Part shown: piece after piece, positions 12,501-23,858 of the stretch
Layout of the letters: each line of letters begins with the position of its first letter
Numbering within the stretch: the stretch's first letter is position 1
Source: Antedon mediterranea
Taxonomy: Eukaryota; Animalia; Echinodermata
Length of the DNA: 64,000 nt
NCBI RefSeq assembly: GCF_964355755.1
Contig: NC_092673.1
Location: 7,006,001-7,070,000 of the forward strand
Direction of reading: 5' to 3'
Notes under the pieces: generated by a model
What the model saw: the letters and a program-made list of their open reading frames with translations, nothing else
Told to the model about the DNA's origin: nothing
Databases searched by the model: none
Translations under genes and position numbers: made by a program

Positions 12501-15500
12501 AACGATAGGTAATATAGTTTTAGGACTACGGTGTCCCTCATGGAACGCCCCAATTAAGGGACAGGGAGTGTGTGTTGATCCCACCCCATATCAACAACAA
12601 AACACGAAAGAATTATTTTCATTTATATCGTTATTATTACAAAAATGGATATCATACATAATTATTATAATGATACTTATGTTGGGTCCCAAAAGGTGTC
12701 CTCTCATTAGAGGTCCACAATACTTCCGTTCCGTCGTTACAACAGTAAAAGAAACTGAATTCAATCCTGCTTTTCCTTTTTTTTAGCTGAAAGGGTTTAT
12801 TGGAGCGACAAAGGTGAAAGTCATATAATGATAGCGGCTCTGAATTTTACAAATGTTCAGCAACTTGTAAATTTCCCACCATGCGGAGTAGCTCGAGATA
12901 TAACTCTTTATGCAAATAGTGTCTATTGGATATGCTCTAATGACGGTCTTTATCGAGCCGATAAAGAAACGGGGAACAATATCGAGACACTCAGTGATAC
13001 ATTCGTTAATCCATTTGGAATGTTCATATATGACGGTAAGCCATTATATTATTTTACGTAAAGAAATGTGGTCAGTCAGGATAGTCGCGTACGATGGATG
13101 AGGTCACTTTTGGGAAGTAGTCGCTTACAAGGTGGCCGCTTTTAGGAAGGAGGTCGCTTACGAGATGTGCATAGACTGTCCGATATTGCACCTAAATTTG
13201 TTAGGTGCAATATCGTTCATCACACATGTCCAGAAGAAGGCCGAATTAACCACCGACTCGTGTTGCATAAAAATATGTATTTCGAGTTTATTACATTTCC
13301 ATTGCATATGATTAACATGGTAAAAAAATCTATTTTTTATTCCAACAGATCCATCGTGGGATACAATCGAGCTTATGTGTACAACAATTGCAGGTTAGAA
13401 ATCCATTTTGAGCTTTTGTTTATGAACATTATATGATAATCATAAACTGTGTACATACAACAGTAATGCTAAAGAATATGCCTAATTAAACCAACCAACT
13501 GATTGTTTAGACATCATTCTACTAACGAACTTCACAATTTCTTTTTACTGTAGTAAGAAGAGATGTAACCACTAACATAACAACAGATGCAACAACGGAC
13601 ACAACAACTGATGCAACAACAGAAAAAATAACAGATGCAACAACGGACACAACAACAGATGCAACAACGGACACAACAACAGATGCAACAACGGACACAA
13701 CAACCGATGCAACAACGGACATAACAACAGATGCAACAACGGACACAACAACAGATGCAACAACGGACACAACAACCGATGCAACAACAGATGGAACAAC
13801 AGATGCAACAACGGACATGACAACAGATGCAACAACAGATGCAACAACGGACATAACAACAGATGAAACAACGGACATAACAACAGATGCAACAACGGAC
13901 ACAACAACGGACATAACAACAGATGCAACAACGGACACAACAACAGATGCAACAACGGACATAACAACAGATGCAACAACAGATGGAACAACAGATGCAA
14001 CAACGGACATAACAACAGATGAAACAACGGACACAACAACGGACATAACAACAGAGGCAACAACGGACACAACAGCAGATGCAACAACGGACACAACAAC
14101 AGATGCAACAACGGACATAACAACAGATGCAACAACAGATGGAACAACAGATGCAACAACGGACATAACAACAGATGCAACAACGGACATAACAACAGAT
14201 GCAACAACAGATGGAACAACAGATGCATCAACGGACATAACAACAGATGCAACAACGGACAAAACAACGGACATAACAACGGACATAACAACGGACATAA
14301 CAACGGACATAACAACAGATGCAACAACGGACAAAACAACGGACATAACAACGGACATAACAACGGACATAACAACAGATGCAACAACGGACACAACAAC
14401 AGATGCAAAAACAGAAAAAATAACAGATGCAACAACGGACACAACAACAGATGCAACAACGGACACAACAACAGATGCAACAACGGACACAACAACCGAT
14501 GCAACAACAGATGGAACAACAGATGCAACAACGGACATGAAAACAGATGCAACAACAGATAGAACAACAGATGCAACAACGGACATAACAACAGATGAAA
14601 CAACGGACATAACAACAGATGCAACAACGGACACAACAACGGACATAACAACAGATGCAACAACGGACACAACAACAGATGCAACAACGGACATAACAAC
14701 AGATGCAACAACAGATGGAACAACAGATGCAACAACGGACATAACAACAGATGAAACAACGGACACAACAACAGATGCAACAACGGACATAACAACAGAT
14801 GCAACAACAGATGGAACAACAGATGCAACAACGGACACAACAACAGATGCAACAACGGACATAACAACAGATGCAACAACGGACACAACAACCGATGCAA
14901 CAACAGATGGAACAACAGATGCAACAACGGACATGAAAACAGATGCAACAACAGATGGAACAACAGATGCAACAACGGACATAACAACAGATGAAACAAC
15001 GGACATAACAACAGATGCAACAACGGACACAACAACGGACATAACAACAGATGCAACAACGGACACAACAACAGATGCAACAACGGACATAACAACAGAT
15101 GCAACAACAGATGGAACAACAGATGCAACAACGGACATAACAACAGATGAAACAACGGACACAACAACAGATGCAACAACGGACATAACAACAGATGCAA
15201 CAACAGATGGAACAACAGATGCAACAACGGACATAACAACAGATGCAACAACAGATGGAACAACAGATGCAACAACGGACATAACAACAGATGCAACAAT
15301 GGACACAACAACGGATATAACAACAGAGGCAACAACGGACACAACTGCAGATGCAACAACGGACACAACAACAGATGCAACAACGGACATAACAACAGAT
15401 GCAACAACAGATGCAACAACGGACATAACAACAGATGAAACAACGGACATAACAACAGATGCAACAACGGACAAAACAACGGACATAACAACGGACATAA

Positions 15501-17928
15501 CAACAGATGCAACAACGGACACAACAAAAGATGCAGAAACGGAAACAACAACAGACACAACAACTGATGCAACAACAGATGCAACAACGGACACAACAAC
15601 AGATAAAACAGCGGACACAACAACAGATGCAACGACAGACACAACAACAGATGCAACGACAGACACAACAACAGATGCAACAACGGACATAACAACAGAT
15701 GCAACAACGGACATAACAACAGATGCAACGACAGACACAACAACAGATGCAACGACAGACACAACAACAGATGCAACGACAGACACAACAACAGATGCAA
15801 CAACGGATATAACAACAGATGCAACAACGGACATAACAACAGATGCAACAACAGATGGAACAACAGATGCAACAACGGACACAACAACAGATGCAACAAC
15901 AGACATAACAACAGATACAACAACGGACACAACAACAGATGTAACAACGGACACAACAACAGATGCAACAACGCACACAACGACAGATGCAACAACGGAC
16001 ACAACTACAGATGCAACGATGGAAACAACAACAGATGCAATGGCGGACACAACAACCGATTCAACAACGGACACAACAATAAACACGATCAATCAAAGTA
16101 AGCAGTCTGGATTTTACATTATCTTAATGTTCGAACCTAATTACTCTACTGTAAATCTAAGTCACGCAATGAATTCATTTTACAGGTTCAACAACAATAA
16201 AACGAGGCTGTGTAGCATCAAAAATTGGTAATGCATTTGTTATATGCAAATTAATAGGGTTGTTCAGAAAATTACCACCGCACGAATCATTCAATTCACA
16301 GATCATTTGTATTCGTTTTTTCATCTGGTATTTTTTCACTCGTGTCTATTTGTCAATGTACACATTCGTTTTTAAAGTATTTTACTTGTTTTGTTTTGTA
16401 TGTAGATATTATGTGTTTGTTTGTTTGTACGCACGTAAACGTACACGTCCACAATTTTAAAGTCATCGTCAAGATGTTTGTTGCAAATATGCATATACCA
16501 AGGCATCATTCCCGCTGATTTTCGGGACAATCGACATATTGGTGACGTAACAAAAACTTAATAAATTAGTGTAGTTACCATTATCTAGAGATTTTATAGC
16601 CTAAGTCTAGATTGCAAACTCCATGTTATCGCAGTACAAAAAGTTATACTTCATTAAAAAGGAACCAACAAGATGGCGGCTGCAATCGACCAATCATATA
16701 TGCCATACGCAGTATACAGATAATGAATGTTTATGAGTGTAATGGTACAAATAATGGCATGAGGTGGACGATGAAATGTTATAAATAAACGAGGCGACAG
16801 TTGAGTTGATATATAACCTTTCATCATTCACCAAATGCCATTATTTGTACCATTACAAGAATTTAAAACATCCATTATCTGTTTTATTTAACATCTAAAT
16901 AGATTCCTGTCATTTGAATCAAATAAAAGGTAGGCCTAGCCAATGCCTACATTTGAATCACAATTGATTATATTGTATATGGATTTTATAAATGCACCTA
17001 CTGATAGTGTTACTAGGTCTATACCTATCTATGCCTAGGCTGAAAGACAGCTATGAAACGTCGACGGGCTTGTAGAGATGTTCCCATTAATTTAAAAAAA
17101 ATCCTAAAAACGGTCCAAAGTTAATTTAAATGCCTTTTTGATCTAAATTAGTACATATATATCTCTCCAAAAATGTACTTCCATTGGTAAACCAGTCAAT
17201 AACATTTGGGACAAAAGTACAAAATAAGTGGCGATGTTATATTTCAAAAACAATAGTATAAAAACAATATTTTCCAAAATCCAAACAGATTTTTTTCGTA
17301 CACGAAAAAAGCACTATTAAACGATAATTTTAAATCGGCCGATAGTGAATAGCACGCCCTCTGTCGCTCTCTGCATTTCCGAATTCATTACGAAACCTAT
17401 TCATTTTTCGTTTTGTCCGTTAATCCAATTCAGCATCCATTCATATCCAAATATCTGAAAAATATTAATAATATTAATCGATCTAAAAAGCCTTATTTTA
17501 TCTAATAACAATGGAAATGTTATTCCCGGAGTTACCTGTAAGTCTATACAGGATCCACCACCGATTAACGTTGTCATTAAACCCGTCATGTCAACTGACA
17601 AAGCTATCTAAACGATTGTCAGTCAGGTCTAGTGATTTAAAATGTCACATCTGTTTTTTATTTAGCTGTACGGGGCTACTTCAGAAAGGTCAGCGTGGAT
17701 GGACAAGACGTTTGCCTGTTGGATCAAACCATTTCTAGCAAACACGTTATAAGTAGCGTTATAGACTGTTCACGCGTGTGTTTGTCTCATTCATTCTGTA
17801 ATGGCTTTGTTGTCAACAGCAATCATCCATACTTAATATGTTCATTACTGGACAGGACATTCATTCGAAGAAAAGTAACTTCTATAAATTGTATTACTTA
17901 TAAAAAGTATTTGAATGTATCAAAGTGA
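3286..17928 (+). CDS. Gene copy A (exons 2-8): secreted YWTD beta-propeller / Thr-Asp mucin-like stalk / PAN-Apple-like protein, about 1210 aa within the window
   Basis: Exons 3286-3528, 11315-11486, 11796-11911, 12787-13035, 13349-13393, 13554-16097 and 17666-17928. All junctions are GT-AG and the phases (1,2,1,1,1,1) give one open frame. Same structure in copies B and C. Confidence 0.88.
3558..4021. mobile_element. Old MITE with TA flanks (Tc1/mariner-pogo-like), shared by A, B and C
   Basis: Left end CTGGTATCCCTCCAAATAAAGACC, right end CTTTAATTGGAGGGAGACCTG, TA on both sides. Homologous at about 25893-26375 and 51038-51501. Confidence 0.6.
4120..6161. mobile_element. Non-autonomous DNA transposon, hAT-like, with GCGAGGCA subterminal repeats
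   Basis: CAGAGTGTTGACAAAGTGCGAGGCAGC is inverted against GCTGCCTCGCACTTTGTTACTACCCC. Several GCGAGGCA copies sit at both ends. Absent from B intron 2. No clear TSD. Confidence 0.65.
5147..5975. repeat. Long imperfect inverted repeat (arms about 5147-5440 and 5701-5975), foldback/MITE-like
   Basis: For example TTTCTATGGAGCGCCAAAAGAGCAA pairs with TTGCTCTTTTGGCGTTCCATAGAAA, and CTAGTTTCCTT pairs with AAGGAAACTAG. Confidence 0.75.
6202..8053. mobile_element. Non-autonomous DNA transposon with GGCC termini and TAA TSD (PIF/Harbinger- or Zator-type)
   Basis: TAA|GGCCAAA..ATTGTGTTGGCCACG ... CGTGGCCAACACAAT..TTTGGCC|TAA. Confidence 0.75.
6406..7213 (-). mobile_element. Nested, internally deleted ISL2EU-like element
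   Basis: Perfect TIR AGACACGTTTCGCGCTCGCGA with an AT TSD. The minus-strand remnant KSWKFFKERYVHDV...HGRCNRSMKKNE resembles, from memory, the N-terminus of ISL2EU SWIM/YqaJ proteins. Confidence 0.65.
8099..11244. mobile_element. 3.1-kb non-coding DNA transposon with 18-bp TIRs and a 4-bp TSD (TAAC), unclassified
   Basis: TAAC|CAGTCGGGCAGCAAAGTG ... CACTTTGCTGCTCGA(G/C)TG|TAAC. The copy C version (55579-58457) has the intact CTG end. Confidence 0.72.
11315..11486 (+). CDS. Copy A exon 3, propeller (IRSMTLDTVNRKIYYVN...KANLDGS...RGLVVSVEH)
   Basis: ttag| and |gtaag, 172 nt, LDLR class B-like repeat. Confidence 0.88.
11796..11911 (+). CDS. Copy A exon 4, propeller (LCFYGKRLKVIRF...VTAVAVDFT)
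   Basis: tccag| and |gtttc, 116 nt, restores the frame, conserved in B. Confidence 0.85.
12004..12158. mobile_element. MITE of about 150 bp (Harbinger-like), also present in B at 29760-30020 and in C
   Basis: TTCCCACTAG..GCAACGCAAAGACG is inverted against CGTCCTTGCGTTGC..CTAGTGGGAA. Confidence 0.6.
12787..13035 (+). CDS. Copy A exon 5, propeller (RVYWSD...ARDITLYANSVYWIC...NPFGMFIYD)
   Basis: ttttag| and |gtaag, 249 nt, YWSD and YWIC motifs, closing PxG strand. Confidence 0.92.
13349..13393 (+). CDS. Copy A exon 6, 15-aa linker DPSWDTIELMCTTIA
   Basis: caacag| and |gttag, 45 nt. Only 1 nt differs from B while the flanks diverge. Confidence 0.8.
13554..16097 (+). CDS. Copy A exon 7, 848-codon Thr/Asp stalk, (D-x-T-T)n, a 12/24-bp coding minisatellite
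   Basis: TACTAAC branch point at 13520-13526, tag| acceptor, |gtaag donor, open frame throughout. Confidence 0.92.
16739..16857. repeat. Hairpin with arms of about 50 bp inside an A/C-specific insertion (about 16587-17330) in intron 7
   Basis: TGTAATGGTACAAATAATGGCAT pairs with ATGCCATTATTTGTACCATTACA. Confidence 0.7.
17666..17928 (+). CDS. Copy A exon 8, PAN/Apple-like domain with stop codon
   Basis: tttag| acceptor. Six Cys in the pattern C..SVIDCSRVCLSHSFCNGF..ICSL..C, then TGA. Confidence 0.82.
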
Positions 17929-18135
17929 ATATCAGGTTTTTTGACTTTGATTATTGAAACAAATACAGTTCTAGATGTGATATAGTATGAAATTGAAAAC
18001 ACGCATGCGCACGCAATGCTACACTTCGTTTATGCACAGTTTGATACCATATGGGAGCTAAGGCGCCAATATGTTTATGATATCTATTTTGCGTTGGTCT
18101 ATTGTTAAGTATGCCTATATTTATTCTGAATTGTA

Positions 18136-18141
18136 AATAAA
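18136..18141 (+). promoter_or_regulatory. Candidate polyadenylation signal of copy A (copy B equivalent at 38193-38198)
   Basis: AATAAA about 210 nt after the stop, followed by a GT-rich tract and conserved between A and B. Confidence 0.55.
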
Positions 18142-18347
18142 TATTGTTGGGTTTTGATAAGATATATATAAAGTTTATTTAAACACCAATGAATACGAAA
18201 AAAAAAAAAAGACAACATTTGAAAAAGAAAATTACAGCAGAATCCCTTCCACATCTGACACCCCTATTTAGGGGACACCATACCGTTACCTCCCGCGTAA
18301 CCGGGAACCCCATATCCATGTGTCTCTTTTGTAGGGATTCTACTGTT

Positions 18348-18745
18348 GTACATAATAAATGGTGTTTTTTTTTTCACTTTTATCTTAAAATAATAGTAAA
18401 AACAAACACATAATACATAAATATCAATGTAAAGCTCAATAGAGAGGACAGAGATAGATCTACATTAACATTCTTCGTAATGAGCGGAGGTGCTCAGATC
18501 ATACGACTGGTTTAGTTTAGTTACTTAGCCTCCCTACTATCACTATTAGTACATAATAAATGTTTTTTTATTTTCATTTTTATCTTAGAATAATAGTAAT
18601 AACAAACAAATAGTACATAAGATTTGACAAATATCAAGGTAAAGCTCAACAAAGAGGGCAGAGATAGAACGACATTAACATTTCTCGTAATGAGCGGAGG
18701 TGCTCAGATCATACGACTGGTTTAGTTTTTACTTAGCCTACTATT
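18348..18745 (+). repeat. Tandem duplication of about 200 bp (2 copies)
   Basis: CGTAATGAGCGGAGGTGCTCAGATCATACGACTGGTTTAG occurs twice, about 210 bp apart. Confidence 0.85.
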
Positions 18746-19540
18746 ACTGTGGACATTGGATATTAACATCAAGGTGAAAAGACCTGAACATCAGCAGGCG
18801 CTTACTACAACACTGTACTATATGTTTAGGAGAATATTATGCCACAATAGCCACCAGGCATGCTAATAATAGTCAGGTCGCTTAGGTCCTATTTTTGGCA
18901 TAATTTGTGCACTTTGTGACAAAACCACCAAACTGGCAGAAACCTTCTTTAGGACCTAACTAACAATTCTAGAAGGGGTGCCCAACAATTCGAACAATTT
19001 AATAACGTCATTTTGACTACGCCATGTAAAAACATAAAACATATATAAATTACATAAATATATCAAGTTTGGTATCAAATTATAGCTTATGTACAATACC
19101 ACTAACATAAGAAAAATATAATTTCACAATATAATGACGTCATCAAAGCCACATCCATTATATATTACATAACTTCGTGGGGAAAAATCAAATTAATATG
19201 GAAAGTTTGGTATTAAATTAAAGCTTATGACATGTACAAACCCACGGAACTATATAAATATGATTTGAACAATATAATGATGCCATTACTTAAGCCACAC
19301 CCATTATACAAAAATATAACATAACTTATGAAAAATGAAACGGCAGTATGCGTAAAACTGAGCTAATGATTACGTAATCGTTGTTGAACGTATGATCACT
19401 TGGGTTGAGTTGCATAAATGCCATGCGACGTATAATAGAAATCTCACTAGCTAGTCCAGGCAACCTATGAAAAAAAGGGTGTAACCGAAAACAAATTGCA
19501 ATAGTTTTCAAACCTTTTTTATCTGTTTTAGTACCTAATA

Positions 19541-19915
19541 CACTGTAAGAAATGTCTGTAATTTTACGTTCACCGTAATTAATTTTACTGTAAAAATAAC
19601 GGTAAGAACCGTGAAATTTAATTTTTACGGTATTTTGTATATAAAATTACAACGGAATTGTAAATTCCCGGTTTAAAATCTCTGTTCTGTTTTTTAACGT
19701 CGAAGCTGGTAATTTTAACTAAAAAATTACGGATGTCTGTAATTTTACGTTCACCGTAATCAATTTTACTGTAAAAATAACGGTCCCAACCGTGAAATTT
19801 TATTTTTTCAGTATTTTGTATATAAAATTACAACGGAATTGTAGATTACCGGTTTAAAATCTCTGTTCTGTATTTTTACGTCGAAGCTGGTAATTTTAAC
19901 TAAAAATTGACGTAA
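19541..19915 (+). repeat. Two 180-bp tandem units after a CACTG end (possible CACTA-like MITE remnant)
   Basis: ATGTCTGTAATTTTACGTTCACCGTAAT at about 19553 and 19733. Confidence 0.75.
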
Positions 19916-20089
19916 ATTTTCATCAACAGTACCGTATACACATTTGTTACTAAAATCCTGTGTATTTCAACGGTATTTTGAACATACTAATACGATGAAT
20001 ACGTACATTTACTGTGCATCGCTGTAAAATGTCCTTCATTTTTAAAATCTACCAAAATCGGATTAGTGGAACATATAATTTAGGGGTCA

Positions 20090-21170
20090 TTTTAGGTCAA
20101 ATATGTCAAATTTGGTATTAAACACATATTTAGGTATAATTTATGACTGGTTTAAGAAATCAAATGACATACCATATCATAGCTATTTAAATTATCTATC
20201 TAATGATACCAAGCATGATATGTTTACATGCAGACATGGTATAGTTATTTGGTGAAAATTGTATTTTGTTTACAATTTTATCCAAAATTAAAATTTTTCA
20301 AGAATTATTTTTTGGTAAAAATATAAATATTTTTTTAACAAAATTTTACCAATTTACAAAATCAAACTGAAACACAATTTGTATAGTACGGAATTACATA
20401 AATATAAATAGAAACACTCAAAATTTGAGGTCAAATAGGTCAAATTTTTTTATTAATCACATTTTTTTTGTATATATTATAACGTATGACTGGTATAACA
20501 TATTTTATCAAATGTAGTATCATATTTTAGCTATTTCAATTATCTATCTAATGATAGCCAACTTGATATTTTTACATGCAAACATGGTATAGTTTTTGAT
20601 TGAAAATTGTAATTTTTTTAAATTTGTATTCAAAAATAAAATTGTTCAATAATTATATTTTAGTAAAAATATAACTTAATGACATATTTTATAAAACAAA
20701 GTTTTACAAATATTTTGCCTATAATGTAGTTATGTAAAATTTACAATATCAAAACTGAAACGTAATTTGGTACGTAATTACAGGCATTTAAATAGAAACA
20801 CTCAAAATTAGAGCTCAAATAGGTCAAATTTGCTATTAATCACTTTTTTAGATATAACTTATGACTGATGTAACATATTTCATCAAATAAAGTATCATTT
20901 CATAACTATTCAAATTATCTATCTAATGATACCAAACATGATATGTTTACATGCAAAGTGTAAAGTTTTTTTTTGGCGAAATATGTAATTTTAAAATTTA
21001 TTATCCAAAATCACAATTTTTCAAGAATATTTTAGTAAAAAGGGAACTTTTTTTAAACACATTTTTACCAATATTTTGTTAAATTTACAATATCAAAACT
21101 GCAAAACGCAATTTGGTTAGGAATTACAGGAATTTAAATAGAAACTCTCAACAATGTTAGGTCAAATGGT
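20090..21170 (+). repeat. Three diverged tandem units of about 330-385 bp
   Basis: TCAAATA(T/G)GTCAAATTT and ATTATCTATCTAATGATA recur at about 20095, 20430 and 20815. Confidence 0.75.
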
Positions 21171-22014
21171 ACAAATGGTACAAACCAGGATAAACTGCGA
21201 TTTTTTTCTGTCAAAGTTTTCTCAATGGAATTTTCCACTCGGAATTGTCATCCAAATACCATAATCTTTGGAGCCACGCATACCTTTTCCCCAAATCCAA
21301 GATGTCATCCAAAATTCAAAATGACTGCCAACATTATATAAACTGTATTCATAATGACTACGAAATGTTCTTTCCATACTTTTTGAAGTGGATATGCCAT
21401 CCTCAGCATGTATCTTTTAATTTAAAATGTGAGTTCAAATCCAAGATGTCCTCCAAAATTCAAGATGGCCACCAACATTTTAAATAGCTGCTAAATTGCC
21501 TTTTATTTGACATTTAATTTTGCCTATTAAATTGCCTTTCTCAACTGTTTAGATGGTTATGTCATGCTCTGTCATGTCATCTTAAAATTAGCATGAGACT
21601 CAAAATCCAAAAATGGCTGCCAAATTCCAAAATGGCCATATAAAAAAGCGACTAGCTTCTAAATAAAAGTATCTATTTTTTTAGGTTCATTGAAAACCGA
21701 AACCAACCCATTGAACATAAAAATCGAGAAATGTTGAAAATATTGAGAATTTGTAGTAGGGTCAGTCTAATCTTTTTCAAGAAACCTTGGTAACATGATA
21801 ACTATTAGTATTATAACTAATTATTGATAAGCTTTAGTGAGACAAATCGTTCTTAAAAAATCTCGAAAACATGAGGGTCAACTAGCTAACACAATGTTGA
21901 GAATTGTTTGTTGGAGGTCTCTATTTCAATTCAAGATTTAACAAAAAAATACAGAGATCACCATTTAGAACATAATAATGTGTAGGGATTTCACAATTCA
22001 TCGCAGACAGACTA

Positions 22015-22230
22015 GATTTGCGTATTTTGGCATGAGTTACGTATTTTGGCATGATTTGTGTATTTTGGCAAAGCATAGCGCCCTCAATTTGCGTATTTTG
22101 GCATAATTTGTGTATTTTGGCAAAGCATAGCGCCCTAAATTGGCGTATTTTGGCATGAATTGCATATTTTTGCAAAGCATAGCGCCCTCAATTTGCGTAT
22201 TTTTGCAAAATTCTTGCGTATTTTGGCAGG
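22015..22230 (+). repeat. Minisatellite with TTTGCGTATTTTGGCA core
   Basis: About 9 variants interleaved with AAGCATAGCGCCCT. Confidence 0.85.
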
Positions 22231-22487
22231 GTACTCACCAACCCTAATGAAAATAACCAGTATTTAAGCATTGGTTAATCAAAAGTTAATTATAATTATA
22301 TAAATAGCTTGCACTATAAATAGATAACGTAATGTAATTCTAATAAGCACTTAAATCTTAATTTAGCTTAACTTAGTTCTGAACATAAAAATTTTGCCAA
22401 AAAATACCTCTCACTAACAGCATCATTAGCAATGATTTACGCTTCAACGGTGATGTTTCCTAAAGCCATCAAAAGTGACCCCTACAA

Positions 22488-23858
22488 TCTATATATAAAT
22501 TATGGTTAATTCTGACATAGGCGAGCACAATGCAAAAACTTCGGTACTAATCTCTGCCTTGGGTACCTACCTTATCTATCTGAGATGTACCGCGAAACGT
22601 AGATTTGATAGCATTAGTGTTCACATCGACGCTATTGTTCCATATTTCTATCTTAGGAAGATATTATAAAGAGTTTTTTAACAAAATTTATGATTTCAAC
22701 ATTAGATTTTCAACTCAATTTCAATTCTTCCCGGTGAAAGTAATTTCCGGGTTTAAGATAAGTTTACCGTGCAACAACCTGGTTTCAAATATTTTCTCAC
22801 TTTTATACACAAGGGAGTAGTTAAAATAATAGATTTGACCCTAAAGATGACTGGAAACAGGCACTTTCCATCAATCAATACAGTGTCCCTTTGGAAGACG
22901 AAAAAAAAATCAGATAGTAGGACTGGAGCTTAAGTTGGCCATTAGTCATAGCCATTTCAGTTTTTTGTTTATTTTAAAACATACCGCGCGTGTGTGAAGG
23001 TACAGTAGTTAAATAATAGGAATTATACTGCAAATTAATAAAGATCAAATTAAATATACGCCATAAAGAATCAGAATATATTGTGGGGAATAATATTATA
23101 AAATTACATAGGGAGATTTGATGATAAGACATTTTTCGAGTGAAATCCCGATAGCTGAGTTTTATTGAGTAAGCTTGCAGGAATAACTGTAGGCTATCTT
23201 CCTGTGTCCCCTTAGGACCGAGATGTCTGCCCATGTTGCAAGCCGTAATGTCTTCTTTCTTGGTCCAACTCTGTCACGGCAGTTAGTTTCAAAAGATGAA
23301 TGAATTAAATAATGTATTAATAATTATTAGGATGGTATTCATTTGAATAAACGCTTCTCCAATAAAACATCACTTTGAATAATTAACCTCCCCCCCCCCC
23401 CCACCCCCAACCCAACTATCTAATAAACGTCCATCCACATATTTATATATATTATTATACTATTTGTAGTAGAATTCGCCGCACTGTTATCTACAATTTA
23501 CCAAGCATTTGTTATTCTTTTTTAGCACTTTTCATATTTATTAGAGGATTTCATTTGATTATAAATGTTACCATATTATTAAAACTAAAAAATGTAACAT
23601 ATATCCCTCGAATAAGCACCTCCCTCAAATGACCTCCGCCTCCCCAAAGGGCCCTACCAAACAATAAAAACTATACTTTAAAATGTTATTAATCATCTAA
23701 AACACTGTGAAACAAAGTAGTTTAGTTTTACGAATGTCAAGCATTTTCAATAATGGTAACCGACAGAAAACGTATAGGCCTAAGGAGAACATTATAATTC
23801 CGAGAACCATCGTCTACACTTCCTAGAGGGGAGCGAGCGAAGCGAGCTCACCCTCTAG
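22488..23858 (+). mobile_element. Solo non-autonomous Helitron, 1371 bp
   Basis: A|TCTATATATAAAT ... CTAGAGGGGAGCGAGCGAAGCGAGCTCACCCTCTAG|T. The ends are related to the 43797 family. Confidence 0.75.

Larger units (their letters stand above)
1..17111 (+). repeat. Segmental duplication, copy 1 (copy 2 = 47482-64000)
   Basis: Line-by-line identity at offsets 47481, 47480, 47213 and 46889. By eye there are about two dozen SNPs/small indels, one 266-bp deletion and a rearranged stalk exon. Confidence 0.97.

Noticed and set aside
3286-13035. Calling the gene LRP4/5/6, LDLR or nidogen
   Set aside because: There is only one propeller and no EGF, LDLa, TM or NPxY/PPPSP tail, so no gene symbol is justified.
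13522-16092. Long minus-strand ORFs (SVVA-, LLCPLLH- and CCICC-rich), also at 31752-34944 and 60735-62981
   Set aside because: They are shadow frames of the 12-bp repeat. Splice signals and flanking exons support only the + strand Thr/Asp frame.
13554-16097. CRISPR-like array or antifreeze glycoprotein
   Set aside because: There are no unique spacers and the context is a eukaryotic coding exon. The unit is D-x-T-T, not the Thr-Ala-Ala of fish AFGP.
16098-16231. C-terminal tail of the stalk ORF (SKQSGFYIILMF...) as a possible membrane anchor
   Set aside because: It lies past a strong GTAAG donor, so it is intron read-through, and the hydrophobic run is too short for a TM helix.
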